64,000 bases of DNA from an uncultured Chloroflexia bacterium. Lineage in GTDB: Bacteria > Chloroflexota > Anaerolineae > JAAYZQ01. Below are positions 47,587-57,736 of the stretch, in pieces. The notes under the pieces were generated by a model, which saw only the letters and a program-made list of their open reading frames with translations, did no database searches and was not told the origin of the DNA. The stretch covers positions 352,001-416,000 of the forward strand of contig CAVOXA010000010.1 of the NCBI GenBank assembly GCA_963700285.1, given 5' to 3'. Positions within the stretch are counted from its first letter, which is position 1; each line of letters opens with the position of its first letter. The position numbers and the translations under genes were made by a program.

Positions 47587-47709
47587 CTAGTTGCTCTCCT
47601 CATGGATCGTGATGTACACTTGTTACGTGACCAACTCACCCTCGGCAGTATCACCAAAGATGAACTGCACAGCCCAGGCCAAACAGCCAACAAGGCAGCG
47701 ATGGCCATT

Positions 47710-48531
47710 CTATGTTCTGTCAACCTCAAACGGGGCGCCGTACCCAAAGGCGCCATAGTAGCCGCAGGTCTCAGCCGCGGACGCCGCCGCAGCCTCCATA
47801 GCGACCGGGGTGGGCGCTCCACCCAGGTACTCGACCAGAAAACGGGCCGCAAAGGCATCTCCTGCCCCCAGCGTATCGATGACCTCGGTCTCCACAATGC
47901 CTTGGCGATGGATCTGCCCTCCGTCGTAGGCCATCGCACCACCTTTTCCCTGCGTCACAAGCACGAGCCTCGGCCCCTGGGCCAGCATCCAACGCATCAG
48001 GTCCACAACCTCCGAGTCGGAGCCGTCAGGATCAGATATCTGGGCGAAATCGACCCACGGCAGAAGAGCCGACAGATAATCATGGTCCGAACAGTCTGCA
48101 AAGTCAAACGACAGGCATCGTGAAGCGCTGTTGAGTCGCTTTATGTCGCGCTCGATGTGACTGTAGATGCTGGTGTGGGTCACGTTGTGCTGGCGGATGA
48201 AATGCAGATCCTCGTCTGACAGGGCGATCTGGGTACACACACCATGGTCGTAGGCCCCAAAGACCCGGTCGCCATCCACGAGCGAAACATCGTTGAAGGC
48301 ATTGGGCCCGTGGACCACCCGGCAATGTGACAGGTCGATGCCTTCTGCACGCAGCGAATTCAGGATCAAGCACCCGTGTGCGTCATCGCCCAGCCAGCCA
48401 AGGTAGCTGGCCTGATGGCCATAGCGATGGGCCAACACGGCAACGTTGACCGCATTGCCACCCGGGTACATGATCCGTTGATCCCGGTACCGGTCAACCG
48501 TATTGTCGCCTACTCCAATCACCCGAATCAT
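47710..48531 (-). CDS. PfkB family kinase, fructoselysine 6-kinase (FrlD)-like
   Basis: GDNTVD..YPGGNAVNVAV N-terminus, GDRVF, DTLGAGDAF. Confidence 0.8.
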   Translation of the reverse strand: MIRVIGVGDNTVDRYRDQRIMYPGGNAVNVAVLAHRYGHQASYLGWLGDDAHGCLILNSLRAEGIDLSHCRVVHGPNAFNDVSLVDGDRVFGAYDHGVCTQIALSDEDLHFIRQHNVTHTSIYSHIERDIKRLNSASRCLSFDFADCSDHDYLSALLPWVDFAQISDPDGSDSEVVDLMRWMLAQGPRLVLVTQGKGGAMAYDGGQIHRQGIVETEVIDTLGAGDAFAARFLVEYLGGAPTPVAMEAAAASAAETCGYYGAFGYGAPFEVDRT

Positions 48532-48613
48532 ACTCTGTCTTTTGCCTCTATACACAGAACAGCCAGGGGAAGACAAGGACCCCGACTTTCAACCTTTCGC
48601 CTCGAGGCGCACC

Positions 48614-49621
48614 CTAACCCACCAATAGGGGGCAGGTCATGCAATGGGCTCCGCCGTTGCCAAGGCGGAGCACCTCCGAGGGAAAGGTTGAGACTTGCCA
48701 GCCAAAGCGTTCCATTTCAGACACAACTCTGGTCGCCCCGGCAGGGCCAATCGCCTTTCTAGCACGCCGGGTCACAACCACGTTCGAGTGGTGGCCGCGG
48801 CATTCTTCTGCCGTGAAGGGTATGAGATCAAAACCGCGCTCATCGAGGAATTCCCGGAACATTACGTGGCGGGGCTCAGACCGACCAGCCCGGTAGAGAC
48901 GGCAGGGAAAAACCGTGAATATCTCTTCCCGAACGAGACACAGCTTCTCGTCGAGCACCATAAAAGTACCATCGATGTGGATCTCGCCAAAGGGCAGTGG
49001 TACTTCGAGAAAGTATTCGACATCCTGGCCCAATACCAGATCCCTCAGAGCACGCGTACCGGTCTCGTTTGCGCGATCGCACAGTGCGGCCACCGCCGTG
49101 TCCTCGCCAATGAGCGTGACGCCGCCGCCTTCCAGATACCCTGGCGGCTCGATGGCCCCCAGGATGGGCACGCCCAGGCAGCGAAAGGCGCGAGCCAACA
49201 TCTCCTGATCACCCCAGCGCCCTTTGAGGTGTGGTCCCATAAGAACCGCGCCCCGCGCAAAGACGACGGCCAGATCGCGGGTGTAGGTCATGTTGGGTCG
49301 ATGGCCGATGTAGGACAGTGCATCCTCGTCGTGGGCCAGAATGTCGCGCAACAGGAGCGTGTCGACGCCATGGCTCTGAAACAGGTGCAACATGACGTCG
49401 TACTCGGCAACGAACCTATCTACATCGACCGGGCTATCAAAGTGAAACTCGGCCATCGTACTCTCGGTGACGAGCCTGAGTTCAGGGCCAGGGCGGTGCA
49501 TGATGACCCGTTGCAGGTCGCCATAGGCCGACTTGACCCCGTAGCCAGAGCCTTGTCCAAGAGCGACTGCGGGTCTGGGGCCTCCATCTTTTAAAAGACT
49601 CTCAAATTGTGATACATCCAT
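48614..49621 (-). CDS. Amidinotransferase / arginine deiminase-fold protein
   Basis: HRPGPE, PNMTYTRD, LEGGG, HID, GGAHCMTCP. Confidence 0.85.
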   Translation of the reverse strand: MDVSQFESLLKDGGPRPAVALGQGSGYGVKSAYGDLQRVIMHRPGPELRLVTESTMAEFHFDSPVDVDRFVAEYDVMLHLFQSHGVDTLLLRDILAHDEDALSYIGHRPNMTYTRDLAVVFARGAVLMGPHLKGRWGDQEMLARAFRCLGVPILGAIEPPGYLEGGGVTLIGEDTAVAALCDRANETGTRALRDLVLGQDVEYFLEVPLPFGEIHIDGTFMVLDEKLCLVREEIFTVFPCRLYRAGRSEPRHVMFREFLDERGFDLIPFTAEECRGHHSNVVVTRRARKAIGPAGATRVVSEMERFGWQVSTFPSEVLRLGNGGAHCMTCPLLVG

Positions 49622-49648
49622 GTGCGAGTTCCTTTTCTGTTCTCGACA

Positions 49649-50200
49649 TCAGAACTCCGGCCCCCCTGCAGATGACTGGGACAGCTTGGCTTCTACGGTA
49701 GGCCTGATCAGCAGGAGCGGAAGGTCCGTGGTACGCAGCACCTTCTCGGCCACGCTGCCAAAGACCCTGCGCCTGAAGCCGCTGTGCCCATGGGTGGCCA
49801 TGGCGATCAGGTCTACCCCCTCGCGTTGGGCATAGTCGACGATCTTTTGTTCCGGACGTCCAAACAGGACTTCTCCGCGGGCTTCCAGCCCGGCTTCGCT
49901 CAGGCGCTCCTTGGCTCTATTCAAACACCGCTCCGCTTCCACCTTCAGGCTGGCCATCTCCTGCTCGCGGTAGATGGGATGCTGGACAGTGGTCATGCCC
50001 TCGACCAGATCTGGCTGGGGAGATACAGGCATTTCAAGCCTGAGGGACTGGTAAAGAGCCCTCGTTCCATCACCCGGCGGAGGGATGACCCGAAGCAATA
50101 GAATCTCTGCTGCACATCCCTTGGCGAAACCAATCACATGGGGCAAAACACTTTCGGCCAGATCCGAACCATCCAGAGGCACCAAAACTTTGCTGTACAT
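49649..50200 (-). CDS. Universal stress protein
   Basis: KVLVPLDGS, DLIAMATHGHSG..VFGSVAEKVLR. Confidence 0.92.
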   Translation of the reverse strand: MYSKVLVPLDGSDLAESVLPHVIGFAKGCAAEILLLRVIPPPGDGTRALYQSLRLEMPVSPQPDLVEGMTTVQHPIYREQEMASLKVEAERCLNRAKERLSEAGLEARGEVLFGRPEQKIVDYAQREGVDLIAMATHGHSGFRRRVFGSVAEKVLRTTDLPLLLIRPTVEAKLSQSSAGGPEF

Positions 50201-50223
50201 ATCACCCTCCCCCTGTCAGTTCT

Positions 50224-51993
50224 CTAACGCGGTTTCACACTGCAGGCAGATCCATGAACCAGCCGCCTCCCCCATACCAGCCAATCTGCAGCGCTCTCGA
50301 GTGCGTCCGAGACCCTGTTCTTCTCCCGTACGAACTTTGTCATCCACAGGTGAAAAGCCTGCTCATCGGCGCTCAATTCCGCCAATCGCGTGATGGGTAC
50401 AAGCAACCTGGGGATCGGCTTGCCTATGAGGTAATAACCATAGGGATCTTGGTCGTACTTGTCGGCTTCCGTCCAAAGGAAGGAAAGTTGCCGGGAGGCC
50501 TTGATGGCCGCCTCGTTAGCGACCTGCGTAGCTTCGCCCCCCACTGCTGCCACCAGCGACAAGGCCTGAACCGCTCGGTCCAGTTCTTCAGCCTTGTCAA
50601 TCAGGCCGTCCACGTTGACCCCTTTGGCTCCCGCTGCTAGCTCTTGTAGGGCCTGAAGGTCTGCCCTGATCCGGGCCACGGGTTCCGAGAGATCGTAGGG
50701 TATCGCTTCTGCGTTGTCTAGCCGCAATATCAGCGTGGCAAAGAAATCCAGATGCGTATCGTATAGCTGCCTGTCGACCTTGTCGAGCGTATCGGCCTCC
50801 GTATGAAGCCAGGGGCTCAAAAAGGCCCAGTTCAGCCTTTCCAGCTCCTCGGGCGTATAGCCTGTGGCAAAGGTGATGTAGGGCACGCCGACCCCAAAGA
50901 AGGACTGGTCGCCGCCCTTGTAGGGCATCTTCCAGACGCCTTTGTCACCCCAGACCTCCTCGACAATGTCCAGAAGAAATGCCTTGATCTCGGGGGCGCT
51001 TCTGGAATTCGGGACGCTGGTGCCTACAATGCCGGGATTGTCAATGTCCACATAGGCGACGCAGTGCCTGGCCAACTCTTCCCAATGGGTATCGACAAAG
51101 TAGGTGGAACCAGCAGCCTCCGAAATCTCGTGACCATCCCAATAGGTGAACACGACATTTCTTTTGAGCTTGTCCCGATGCTTGGCCAGGACCCTGGCCA
51201 ACTCCAGGGACAGGGCATTGCCCGACGAGTTGCAGATGGCTGTCTTGCCCCAGCCTTCAAGATGGCTGCCGACCAGCACAAACTCCTCTGTGTCGTCAGC
51301 CGCACGGAGAACACCAACAGGCTGGTTGGCCAGGACCCACTCCTGGGTTGCATCGGCGCGGAACCAGACCTCGACTCGCCCGGCGGCGCAGAGTTCTTTT
51401 AAATACTCACCTGCGGCCTTGGTGATATTAATGACGGGGATCCTCGGGATGCGCTGGAAGCTCTCGGGGGTGGGATTGCCCCACACGCCCTTGATGGCGC
51501 CCCGTTGGATGGTTGGGTTGTCCGGCATCCCCCAATTGAGGATGATGACAGCTTTGGCCCCCATCTCCAGGGCGATCCGCGCCTTTTCGGGCCGGGGCGG
51601 CGCCCAGGTCATGTCGGCCAGGACGATCAGGTTCCTTGCATCGATCTGCGCGTAATCCTCATAGCCTCCTGCGCCGACATAGACTAACTCACCAGCCATC
51701 CCCTCATCTAGGGTGGAGGGGATGTGACAACTGGGCAGGGCCTCGATGGTGCGCTCTTCTGGATGTGTGACCCGCAGAGCCGCAGAGCCGGGGTAGCTCT
51801 GATAGATAGGGAACCTATCAATCCTGACCTCCAGGCCGCATCTTGCCAGCTCATCCCGGATATAGTTCGCCGCCTTCCGGATGCTCTCTGTCCCGGCCAG
51901 CCGCTCGCCGACCTCCTCAACGAGGAAGGTCATGTGTGCGCTGGCCTTGTCGACAGACAGATCTGCCATGATCGCTTTTTCGATATCGCTCAC
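50224..51993 (-). CDS. M28 family peptidase-like protein with a PA domain; several metal-ligand motifs are divergent
   Basis: ERLAGT, ELVYVG PA domain, GSHLEGW, CNSSG, GHE, HTEAD. Confidence 0.7.
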   Translation of the reverse strand: MSDIEKAIMADLSVDKASAHMTFLVEEVGERLAGTESIRKAANYIRDELARCGLEVRIDRFPIYQSYPGSAALRVTHPEERTIEALPSCHIPSTLDEGMAGELVYVGAGGYEDYAQIDARNLIVLADMTWAPPRPEKARIALEMGAKAVIILNWGMPDNPTIQRGAIKGVWGNPTPESFQRIPRIPVINITKAAGEYLKELCAAGRVEVWFRADATQEWVLANQPVGVLRAADDTEEFVLVGSHLEGWGKTAICNSSGNALSLELARVLAKHRDKLKRNVVFTYWDGHEISEAAGSTYFVDTHWEELARHCVAYVDIDNPGIVGTSVPNSRSAPEIKAFLLDIVEEVWGDKGVWKMPYKGGDQSFFGVGVPYITFATGYTPEELERLNWAFLSPWLHTEADTLDKVDRQLYDTHLDFFATLILRLDNAEAIPYDLSEPVARIRADLQALQELAAGAKGVNVDGLIDKAEELDRAVQALSLVAAVGGEATQVANEAAIKASRQLSFLWTEADKYDQDPYGYYLIGKPIPRLLVPITRLAELSADEQAFHLWMTKFVREKNRVSDALESAADWLVWGRRLVHGSACSVKPR

Positions 51994-52026
51994 TGTACTC
52001 TAACCCCCTAGCCTCAATCAGAGCTC

Positions 52027-52239
52027 GCTCGCGCTGGGCCAAGTCCAACGCTCTTCACCAACGCGTGGACTGTTGTCCACGCGGAGCACACGAAGGGCTT
52101 TGCCTGAGCGCTTCTTCGATCTCACTCACCGTGCTTCAACTCCCTGGCTTTCAACTGAATCGTTTTCCGAAGCTTGCTCGCGCTGGACCACAGTCCAGCG
52201 CATTTGGCACCAACGCGCGGACTGTGGTCCGCGCGGAGC
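52027..52239. repeat. Two REP-doublet (BIME/REPIN-like) units, core GCGC.GGACCACAGTCC.GCGC
   Basis: Units at about 52027-52087 and 52176-52239, each an inverted pair of hairpins. Confidence 0.7.
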
Positions 52240-52262
52240 GTGCGACGAGTGAAGTCACTGGA

Positions 52263-53411
52263 TCAGGCCGCTGCCAGCGCCTGAGCCAGGTCGGTGATGA
52301 GATCGTCGGGATGCTCCAGGCCGACGGAGAGGCGAATCATGGCCGGATCGATGGCCAGCGCCGTACCCTGCAGCACATCGTGGGTCATATCGCTTGGGAT
52401 CTCGACCAGGGATTCAACGCCGCCCAGACTGACCGCCGAGGTAAAGAGGTGTGAGGCTCGAATGAACCTCTTTGCCGCCTCATACCCTCCCTTGATCTCA
52501 AAGGTGACCATGCCGCTGTACCCCCGCATCTGCCGGGCCGCCAGGGAGTGCTGCGGATGGCTCTCCAGGCCCGGGTACAAGACCCGGGCCACTTGGGCAT
52601 GATCCTCGAGGAAGCGGGCCACGGCCAGGGCATGTCGCTGGTGGGCTTCCATACGAACCGCCAGCGTCTTGATACCGCGCTGCAGCAGCCAGGCATCAAA
52701 GGGCCCCAGTATGCCGCCGGTGGTGCGCCGCATCTCAAAAAGTGGTTCGTACAGCACATCGTTGACCACCAGTACCCCAGCCACCAGGTCGCTGTGGCCG
52801 CCCATGTATTTGGTGCAACTGTGCATCACGATATCCGCGCCCAAGGCCAGCGGGTTCTGAAAATAGGAGGAGGCAAAGGTATTGTCCACGCCCAGCCAGG
52901 CCGAATGCCGGTGGGCCATGTCAGCCATCTGGGCGATGTCGATCACCTTCAGCATGGGGTTGGTCGGCGTCTCGAGCCAAAACAGGCGTGTGTTGGGCCG
53001 GACCGCGGCCTCGACGGTCGCCAATTCGCTCATGTCCACAAAGTCATGGTCCACGCCGAAATGGCTCAGGTGTTCGCGCAGCAAGCGATAGTTGCCGCCA
53101 TAGACGTCGTCGGTGATGAGCACGTGCTCGCCGGCGCGGACCAGCGACATGGCCGCCGTTGTGGCCGCCATACCGGAAGCGAAGGCCAGGGCCTGCTGCC
53201 CTCCCTCCAGCGCGGCCACAACCCGCTCCAGGGCCACTGTCGTGGGATTGGCGACGCGGGCGTACACATACTCGCCGCTCTCGTCGGGGCTGGGCAACTC
53301 GAAGGTAGAAGCCTGGTAGATGGGCGTCACGACGGCGCCGGTGGTTGGGTCGGGCTCCTGTCCGACGTGGATCGCCTTCGTCTCAAAGTTCATCTGGGTG
53401 GGATCGTCCAT
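52263..53411 (-). CDS. Cystathionine gamma-synthase/lyase family PLP enzyme
   Basis: PIYQASTF, YARVANPT, FASGMAA, ETPTNP, VDNTF, SCTKYMGGHSD, SLGGVESL. Confidence 0.92.
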   Translation of the reverse strand: MDDPTQMNFETKAIHVGQEPDPTTGAVVTPIYQASTFELPSPDESGEYVYARVANPTTVALERVVAALEGGQQALAFASGMAATTAAMSLVRAGEHVLITDDVYGGNYRLLREHLSHFGVDHDFVDMSELATVEAAVRPNTRLFWLETPTNPMLKVIDIAQMADMAHRHSAWLGVDNTFASSYFQNPLALGADIVMHSCTKYMGGHSDLVAGVLVVNDVLYEPLFEMRRTTGGILGPFDAWLLQRGIKTLAVRMEAHQRHALAVARFLEDHAQVARVLYPGLESHPQHSLAARQMRGYSGMVTFEIKGGYEAAKRFIRASHLFTSAVSLGGVESLVEIPSDMTHDVLQGTALAIDPAMIRLSVGLEHPDDLITDLAQALAAA

Positions 53412-53476
53412 GCCTGTGTCTCCGTCCGTGGCGCAGATCATCACTTGGTCATGCGTGAAGAATCTTTCCGCGAGTG

Positions 53477-53502
53477 GCGCCGGACTGTGGTCCGGCGCGA
53501 GC
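53477..53502. repeat. Single REP hairpin of the 52027 family
   Basis: GCGCCGGACTGTGGTCCGGCGCGAGC. Confidence 0.65.
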
Positions 53503-53522
53503 AGGTATTAGGGCTGACAGAC

Positions 53523-53556
53523 AACAGGGCAGCCAGGCAGAGCTGGCTGCCCTGTT
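53523..53556 (-). terminator. Stem-loop downstream of the second SBP gene
   Basis: AACAGGGCAGCCAG / CTGGCTGCCCTGTT, 14-bp perfect arms. Confidence 0.65.
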
Positions 53557-53586
53557 TGCACTATTTGCTACCGGCCAGGGCGAGGT

Positions 53587-55466
53587 CTATTCTTTGGTGC
53601 GATAGACCGTGCTCTCGCTGGAGTTAAAGCGCTCGCCGCGGAAGGTCACGACGCCGGCCGCGTTCGGTTCTAGCGCCGGGCCCGCGAGGCGAGAATTGAC
53701 CAACACGTTGAAAACGGGATGGTAGATGGGTACCAGGGCCACATCCTCGATGAGGATCTTTTCTGCCTGCCTGGTAGAGTTCGTCGCGTTTGGCCTCGTC
53801 GCCGATGATGGCGTTGGCCTCACACACCAGGTTGTTGTACTCCTCGTTGTACCAGGTATGGCGGCCGGGCATTTCGGGCATGGCTGGCGCCCTCATCCTC
53901 ACAACCACCCCAGACACCCAGCAGGTTGCTGCCGTCCACAAAGTCATACTCGTAGGGCACCATGGCGAAGAGCATGTCGCCGCCCTCATTCTTCTTCTGG
54001 TCGCCGAGCCTCTCCATGTACATGCTATAGTCGAGGCTCTGGATCTCGACATCCACGCCGATGTTGTTCTTGAGCATGGCAGCGATGGCCTCGCCAGCGT
54101 TGGTTAGGGCCGGGTAGGGGTCACGCATGAACATGGTCAGTTTGGGGAAGCCCTCGCCACCGGGGATAGCCGGCCTCCTCCATGAGCTGGGCGGCCAGTT
54201 CCGGATCGTAGTTCTGTACTTCCTTGAGCGCATCCACGTTCTCGCCGGGGAAACCTGGCGGGTTCATGGTGTAGGCGGACGAGGCCTGGTACTGCAAGCG
54301 GGCCGTTGACGATGGCGTCGCGGTCGATGGCGTGGCTGAAGGCCTGGCGCACCTTGATGTCGTCAAAGGGTGGGTTCCAGGTGTCGAAGATAGAGATAGT
54401 TGGTCATAAAGTTGGGCCAGGTGAGGAGATCTTTTTGCATCTCGGGATTGGCCATGACCTCGGCCAGGGCCGCCGGTGGCACGTCCACCTCGTAGCCATA
54501 GCCGATGATGTCCACCTCGCCGTTCTTGTAGGCGTTGTAGCGCACCTCAGGCGTCATGAAAGAGATGACGATCTTGTCCATCATGGGCGGGTAGGGTCCG
54601 GTGTACTTGTCGTTGGCTACCCAGACGATCTCCTTGCCCTTGTCCCAGTGGTCCAGCTTGTAGGGACCGGCTGAGACAGCGGTAGCCGGATCGAGGGCCC
54701 ACGAGCCGTCGGCCAGGCGGTCCTTGACGATGTGCTTGGGCGCCAGCCACAGGTCGGCGAACTGTTTGACCAGGAAGGGCGTCGGCTGGTCGGTGGTCAC
54801 GGTCAAGGTATAGTCGTCCACGACCTTGGCGCCCAGCTCCTCGGGCGGCAGGTCGCCGTTCACGACGGCGCCCCAGTTCTGGATGCCGGCCATGGAGTAG
54901 AACCACTCAAAGTCATAGTCGGGGCGGGCGTAGCGCTGGAGGGTGAAGACCCAGTCCTCGGCGGTCACGGGCGTGCCATCGCTCCAGACCTTGTCCTCGG
55001 GCAGGTGGAAGGTCCAGGTCAGGCCATCGTCAGAGACTTCCCAGCTCTCGCAGCCAGAGGGTTGCGGCTGGAACTCCTTGTCGGGCCGCACGCAGGAGTC
55101 ATGGATGCCGTAGGTAGGACCGGCCGTAAAGTCGTAGGCGGTATAGTCCCAGCCCAGCCAACTGTACTCGGTGTTGGCCAGCCTCAGAACCTGCTCCTCG
55201 AGGGGAGCCGCGTCGGCGGGCAGCTCGACACCAGCCGAGTTGACGACAGCGCCCGCGGGCTCCGCGGCGGGGGCCTCGGTAGGCGCAGCCTCCGCAGCCG
55301 GGGCCTCCGTGGGCGCAGCCTCCGCAGCTGGAACCTCCGTAGGCGCGGCGGCTTCCTCCGCCGGTTTCTCGGGTTCGGGCGTACCACCGCAGCCCACCAA
55401 AGCCACACTAACGACCAAGGACAGGATCACAAGCCACATCAACAGCGAAGTAACTTTACCTTTCAC
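53587..55466 (-). pseudogene. OppA-type ABC substrate-binding lipoprotein with five +1 frameshifts in the 3' third (assembly error or decay)
   Basis: GTG after AAGGAGG; lipobox LVGC; WSDGTPVTAED, GPYKL; VRQAFSHAIDR, YDPELA and QAEKIL lie in successive frames. Confidence 0.8.
55262..55350. repeat. About three 30-bp tandem repeats coding the AAPTEAPAAE linker
   Basis: GGGCCTC.GT.GGCGCAGCCTCCGCAGC.G periodicity. Confidence 0.7.
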
Positions 55467-55650
55467 GTTCTTTCCTCCTTCTTTTGCGTAGGCGGGTGAC
55501 ACACTTGTTCGAAAGCCACCCTTCTCACCAAACACTCAGATCCATCATCAGGGGTCTCCAGCCCTCTGGCAGAACCTGCCACAACCGGATGATAGTAGGG
55601 AGTACGTTCACCTCCTCTCTGCATTCTTGCCCGCGAGTCACCTCTGGCGA

Positions 55651-56673
55651 TTACCCCTTCAGCATATAGGGATCCAGAGCATCTCGCAGACCATCCCCCA
55701 TCAACGTAAAACCCAACATCGTGATGGCGATCATCAGCGCCGGAAACAGAGCCAGGTGCCAGAAAAAGTTGATATTGGCCAGGCCGTCACGGCTCAGCAT
55801 CTGGCCCCAACTGGGCGTGGGCGGGTTGATGCCCACACCCAGGAAACTCAACGCCGCCTCGGCAAAGATGGCGAGGGGGATGCCCAGGGTGAGGGCGACG
55901 ATGATCGGCGCCAGCGAGTTGGGCAGCAGGTGGTAGCGGACGATGCGCCAGCCCCCGGCCCCGATCGACTGGGAGGCCAGTACGAATTCTTTTTCGCGCA
56001 GGGACAGGAATTGGGCCCGCGTCAGACGGCTGACGGCGATCCAACTGGTGAGGCCGATGGCCAGCATCACGTTCCAATAACCCGGGCCCAGACGGGCCAT
56101 GATCAGAAATGCGAAGAGCAGCACAGGGATGGCCGACATGACGTCCACCAGGCGCATGACGCCAAAGTCGATGCGCCCCCCTCGCCAGCCGGCCAGGGCC
56201 CCCAGCGGAACGCCTATGGAAAAGGCGATGAGCGTGGCCAGCAGGCCGATGCTCAGCGAGACCCGTGCGCCATAGACGATGCGGCTGTAGAAATCCCGCC
56301 CGGCGAGGTCGGTACCCATCCACCATTCCCTGCTGGGAAAGGCCCCCGTCGGCCCGACAAAGACGTCGTTGTAGTGGTACTTGGCCAGGAGCGGCTCGGG
56401 TTCGCGCCCCTGTGGGATGGCGAGGAACCAGTCATCGGCGAAAATGGACAGCATGGCCAAGATCATAACCAGAATGAGACCGGCGATGGCGAGCCTATTC
56501 CTAAAGAAGCGGCGCACCGCGTCGCGATAGAGCCCCCGCTCCCGCTTGATGAAGGTGACCTCCGCATGGTCTATCTCGCGCAGGGCACCGGGCTCAGCCC
56601 GGGACAACTCCGCCACCTCGTCTCTGGCAGCCCCCGCGTCTTGGTCTGGTTGTGCCTCAAGCGCCGTGGTCAT
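55651..56673 (-). CDS. Oligopeptide ABC permease (OppC type)
   Basis: MGTDLAGRD, EFVLASQSIG, GDGLRDALDP. Confidence 0.92.
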   Translation of the reverse strand: MTTALEAQPDQDAGAARDEVAELSRAEPGALREIDHAEVTFIKRERGLYRDAVRRFFRNRLAIAGLILVMILAMLSIFADDWFLAIPQGREPEPLLAKYHYNDVFVGPTGAFPSREWWMGTDLAGRDFYSRIVYGARVSLSIGLLATLIAFSIGVPLGALAGWRGGRIDFGVMRLVDVMSAIPVLLFAFLIMARLGPGYWNVMLAIGLTSWIAVSRLTRAQFLSLREKEFVLASQSIGAGGWRIVRYHLLPNSLAPIIVALTLGIPLAIFAEAALSFLGVGINPPTPSWGQMLSRDGLANINFFWHLALFPALMIAITMLGFTLMGDGLRDALDPYMLKG

Positions 56674-56691
56674 AAGCTCACTCCCCTCGCA

Positions 56692-57612
56692 CTAGTTATA
56701 CTTGACCCGCGGATCGACGGCAACGTAAAGGATATCAGTGATCAAATAGGTGATGGCGATCAAGACCGCCCACAGAACTGTGAGGGCAATGATCATGGGA
56801 TAGTCGCGCTCGAAGGTACTGGTGACCCAGAATTTGCCCAGCCCGGGAATGCGAAAGATGGCCTCGATAAAGATCGAACCGGTGATCAGATCCGGAATCA
56901 GGGGTCCCATGACGGTTATCATTGGGATCAGGGCCAGTTTCATGACGTGGCGCCAGATGACCACCCGCTCACTCAACCCCTTGGCCCGGGCAGTTCGGAC
57001 GTGGTCGCCGCGCACGGCCTCAATGACGCTGGAACGCGTGTAGCGAGCGATGACGGCGATGGGCGCCAGCGCGTAGGCAATGACGGGCAAGATCCACTGT
57101 TTGGGCTCGTCCCAGCCGCCGGTGGGCACCCATTTGAGGGTCAGGGCAAAGATGAGGATGAAAAAGATACCCCACACAAAGTGTGGCGTGACGAAACCGA
57201 CGATAGAGAACAGGGTGGCTAGATAGTCGACGAAGGTATTCTGTTTCAGGGCAGCGACAATGCCCAAAGGTACGCCAACAGTAAAGGCCAGAGTCAGGGC
57301 CATGAGTCCCAGGTGGATGGTGACCGGCCAGGTACGGGCGATGAGGGCGAACACCGATTCATCGGGGTGCTGGAACGACATGCCAAAGTCAAGCCGGAGC
57401 ACGCCGGCGAGCCAGGTCAGGTACTGCTCATGCAGTGGTTTGTCCAGGCCATAGCGCGCCTCGAGGGCGGCGATCTGCTGATCGGTAAAGGGTCGCTGGC
57501 CAACCTTCCATGGCCCGCCAGGCACCTCGTGCATCAATATAAAGGTGATGATTGAGATGATCAACAGAACGACGACCAGCCCAGCCAGTCTCATTAGGAT
57601 AAAACGGCCCAT
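56692..57612 (-). CDS. Oligopeptide ABC permease (OppB type)
   Basis: YGLDKP, VRTARAKGL, IPGLG, VDPRV. Confidence 0.92.
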   Translation of the reverse strand: MGRFILMRLAGLVVVLLIISIITFILMHEVPGGPWKVGQRPFTDQQIAALEARYGLDKPLHEQYLTWLAGVLRLDFGMSFQHPDESVFALIARTWPVTIHLGLMALTLAFTVGVPLGIVAALKQNTFVDYLATLFSIVGFVTPHFVWGIFFILIFALTLKWVPTGGWDEPKQWILPVIAYALAPIAVIARYTRSSVIEAVRGDHVRTARAKGLSERVVIWRHVMKLALIPMITVMGPLIPDLITGSIFIEAIFRIPGLGKFWVTSTFERDYPMIIALTVLWAVLIAITYLITDILYVAVDPRVKYN

Positions 57613-57736
57613 GGTTCCTCCCTGTTCATGTCAGCTCAACCTTGGTACAGCACGCTGGATTCCTGACCAATCATGCGTTGCAGGTCCATCCATGGGGCCG
57701 CCCACCCCCACTCAGCATGGAATGGTCCCCACACCC

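Noticed and set aside
47583-47942. 119-aa ORF bridging the PfkB and ThDP genes
   Set aside because: Mostly an alternative frame of the kinase gene, with no recognisable motifs
52027-52239. Repeat units as a possible mini-CRISPR or tRNA
   Set aside because: Only two imperfect inverted doublets; no cloverleaf or T-loop and no regular spacers
53587-54395. Programmed ribosomal frameshifting in the SBP gene
   Set aside because: Five scattered +1 events without slippery heptamers fit consensus error better
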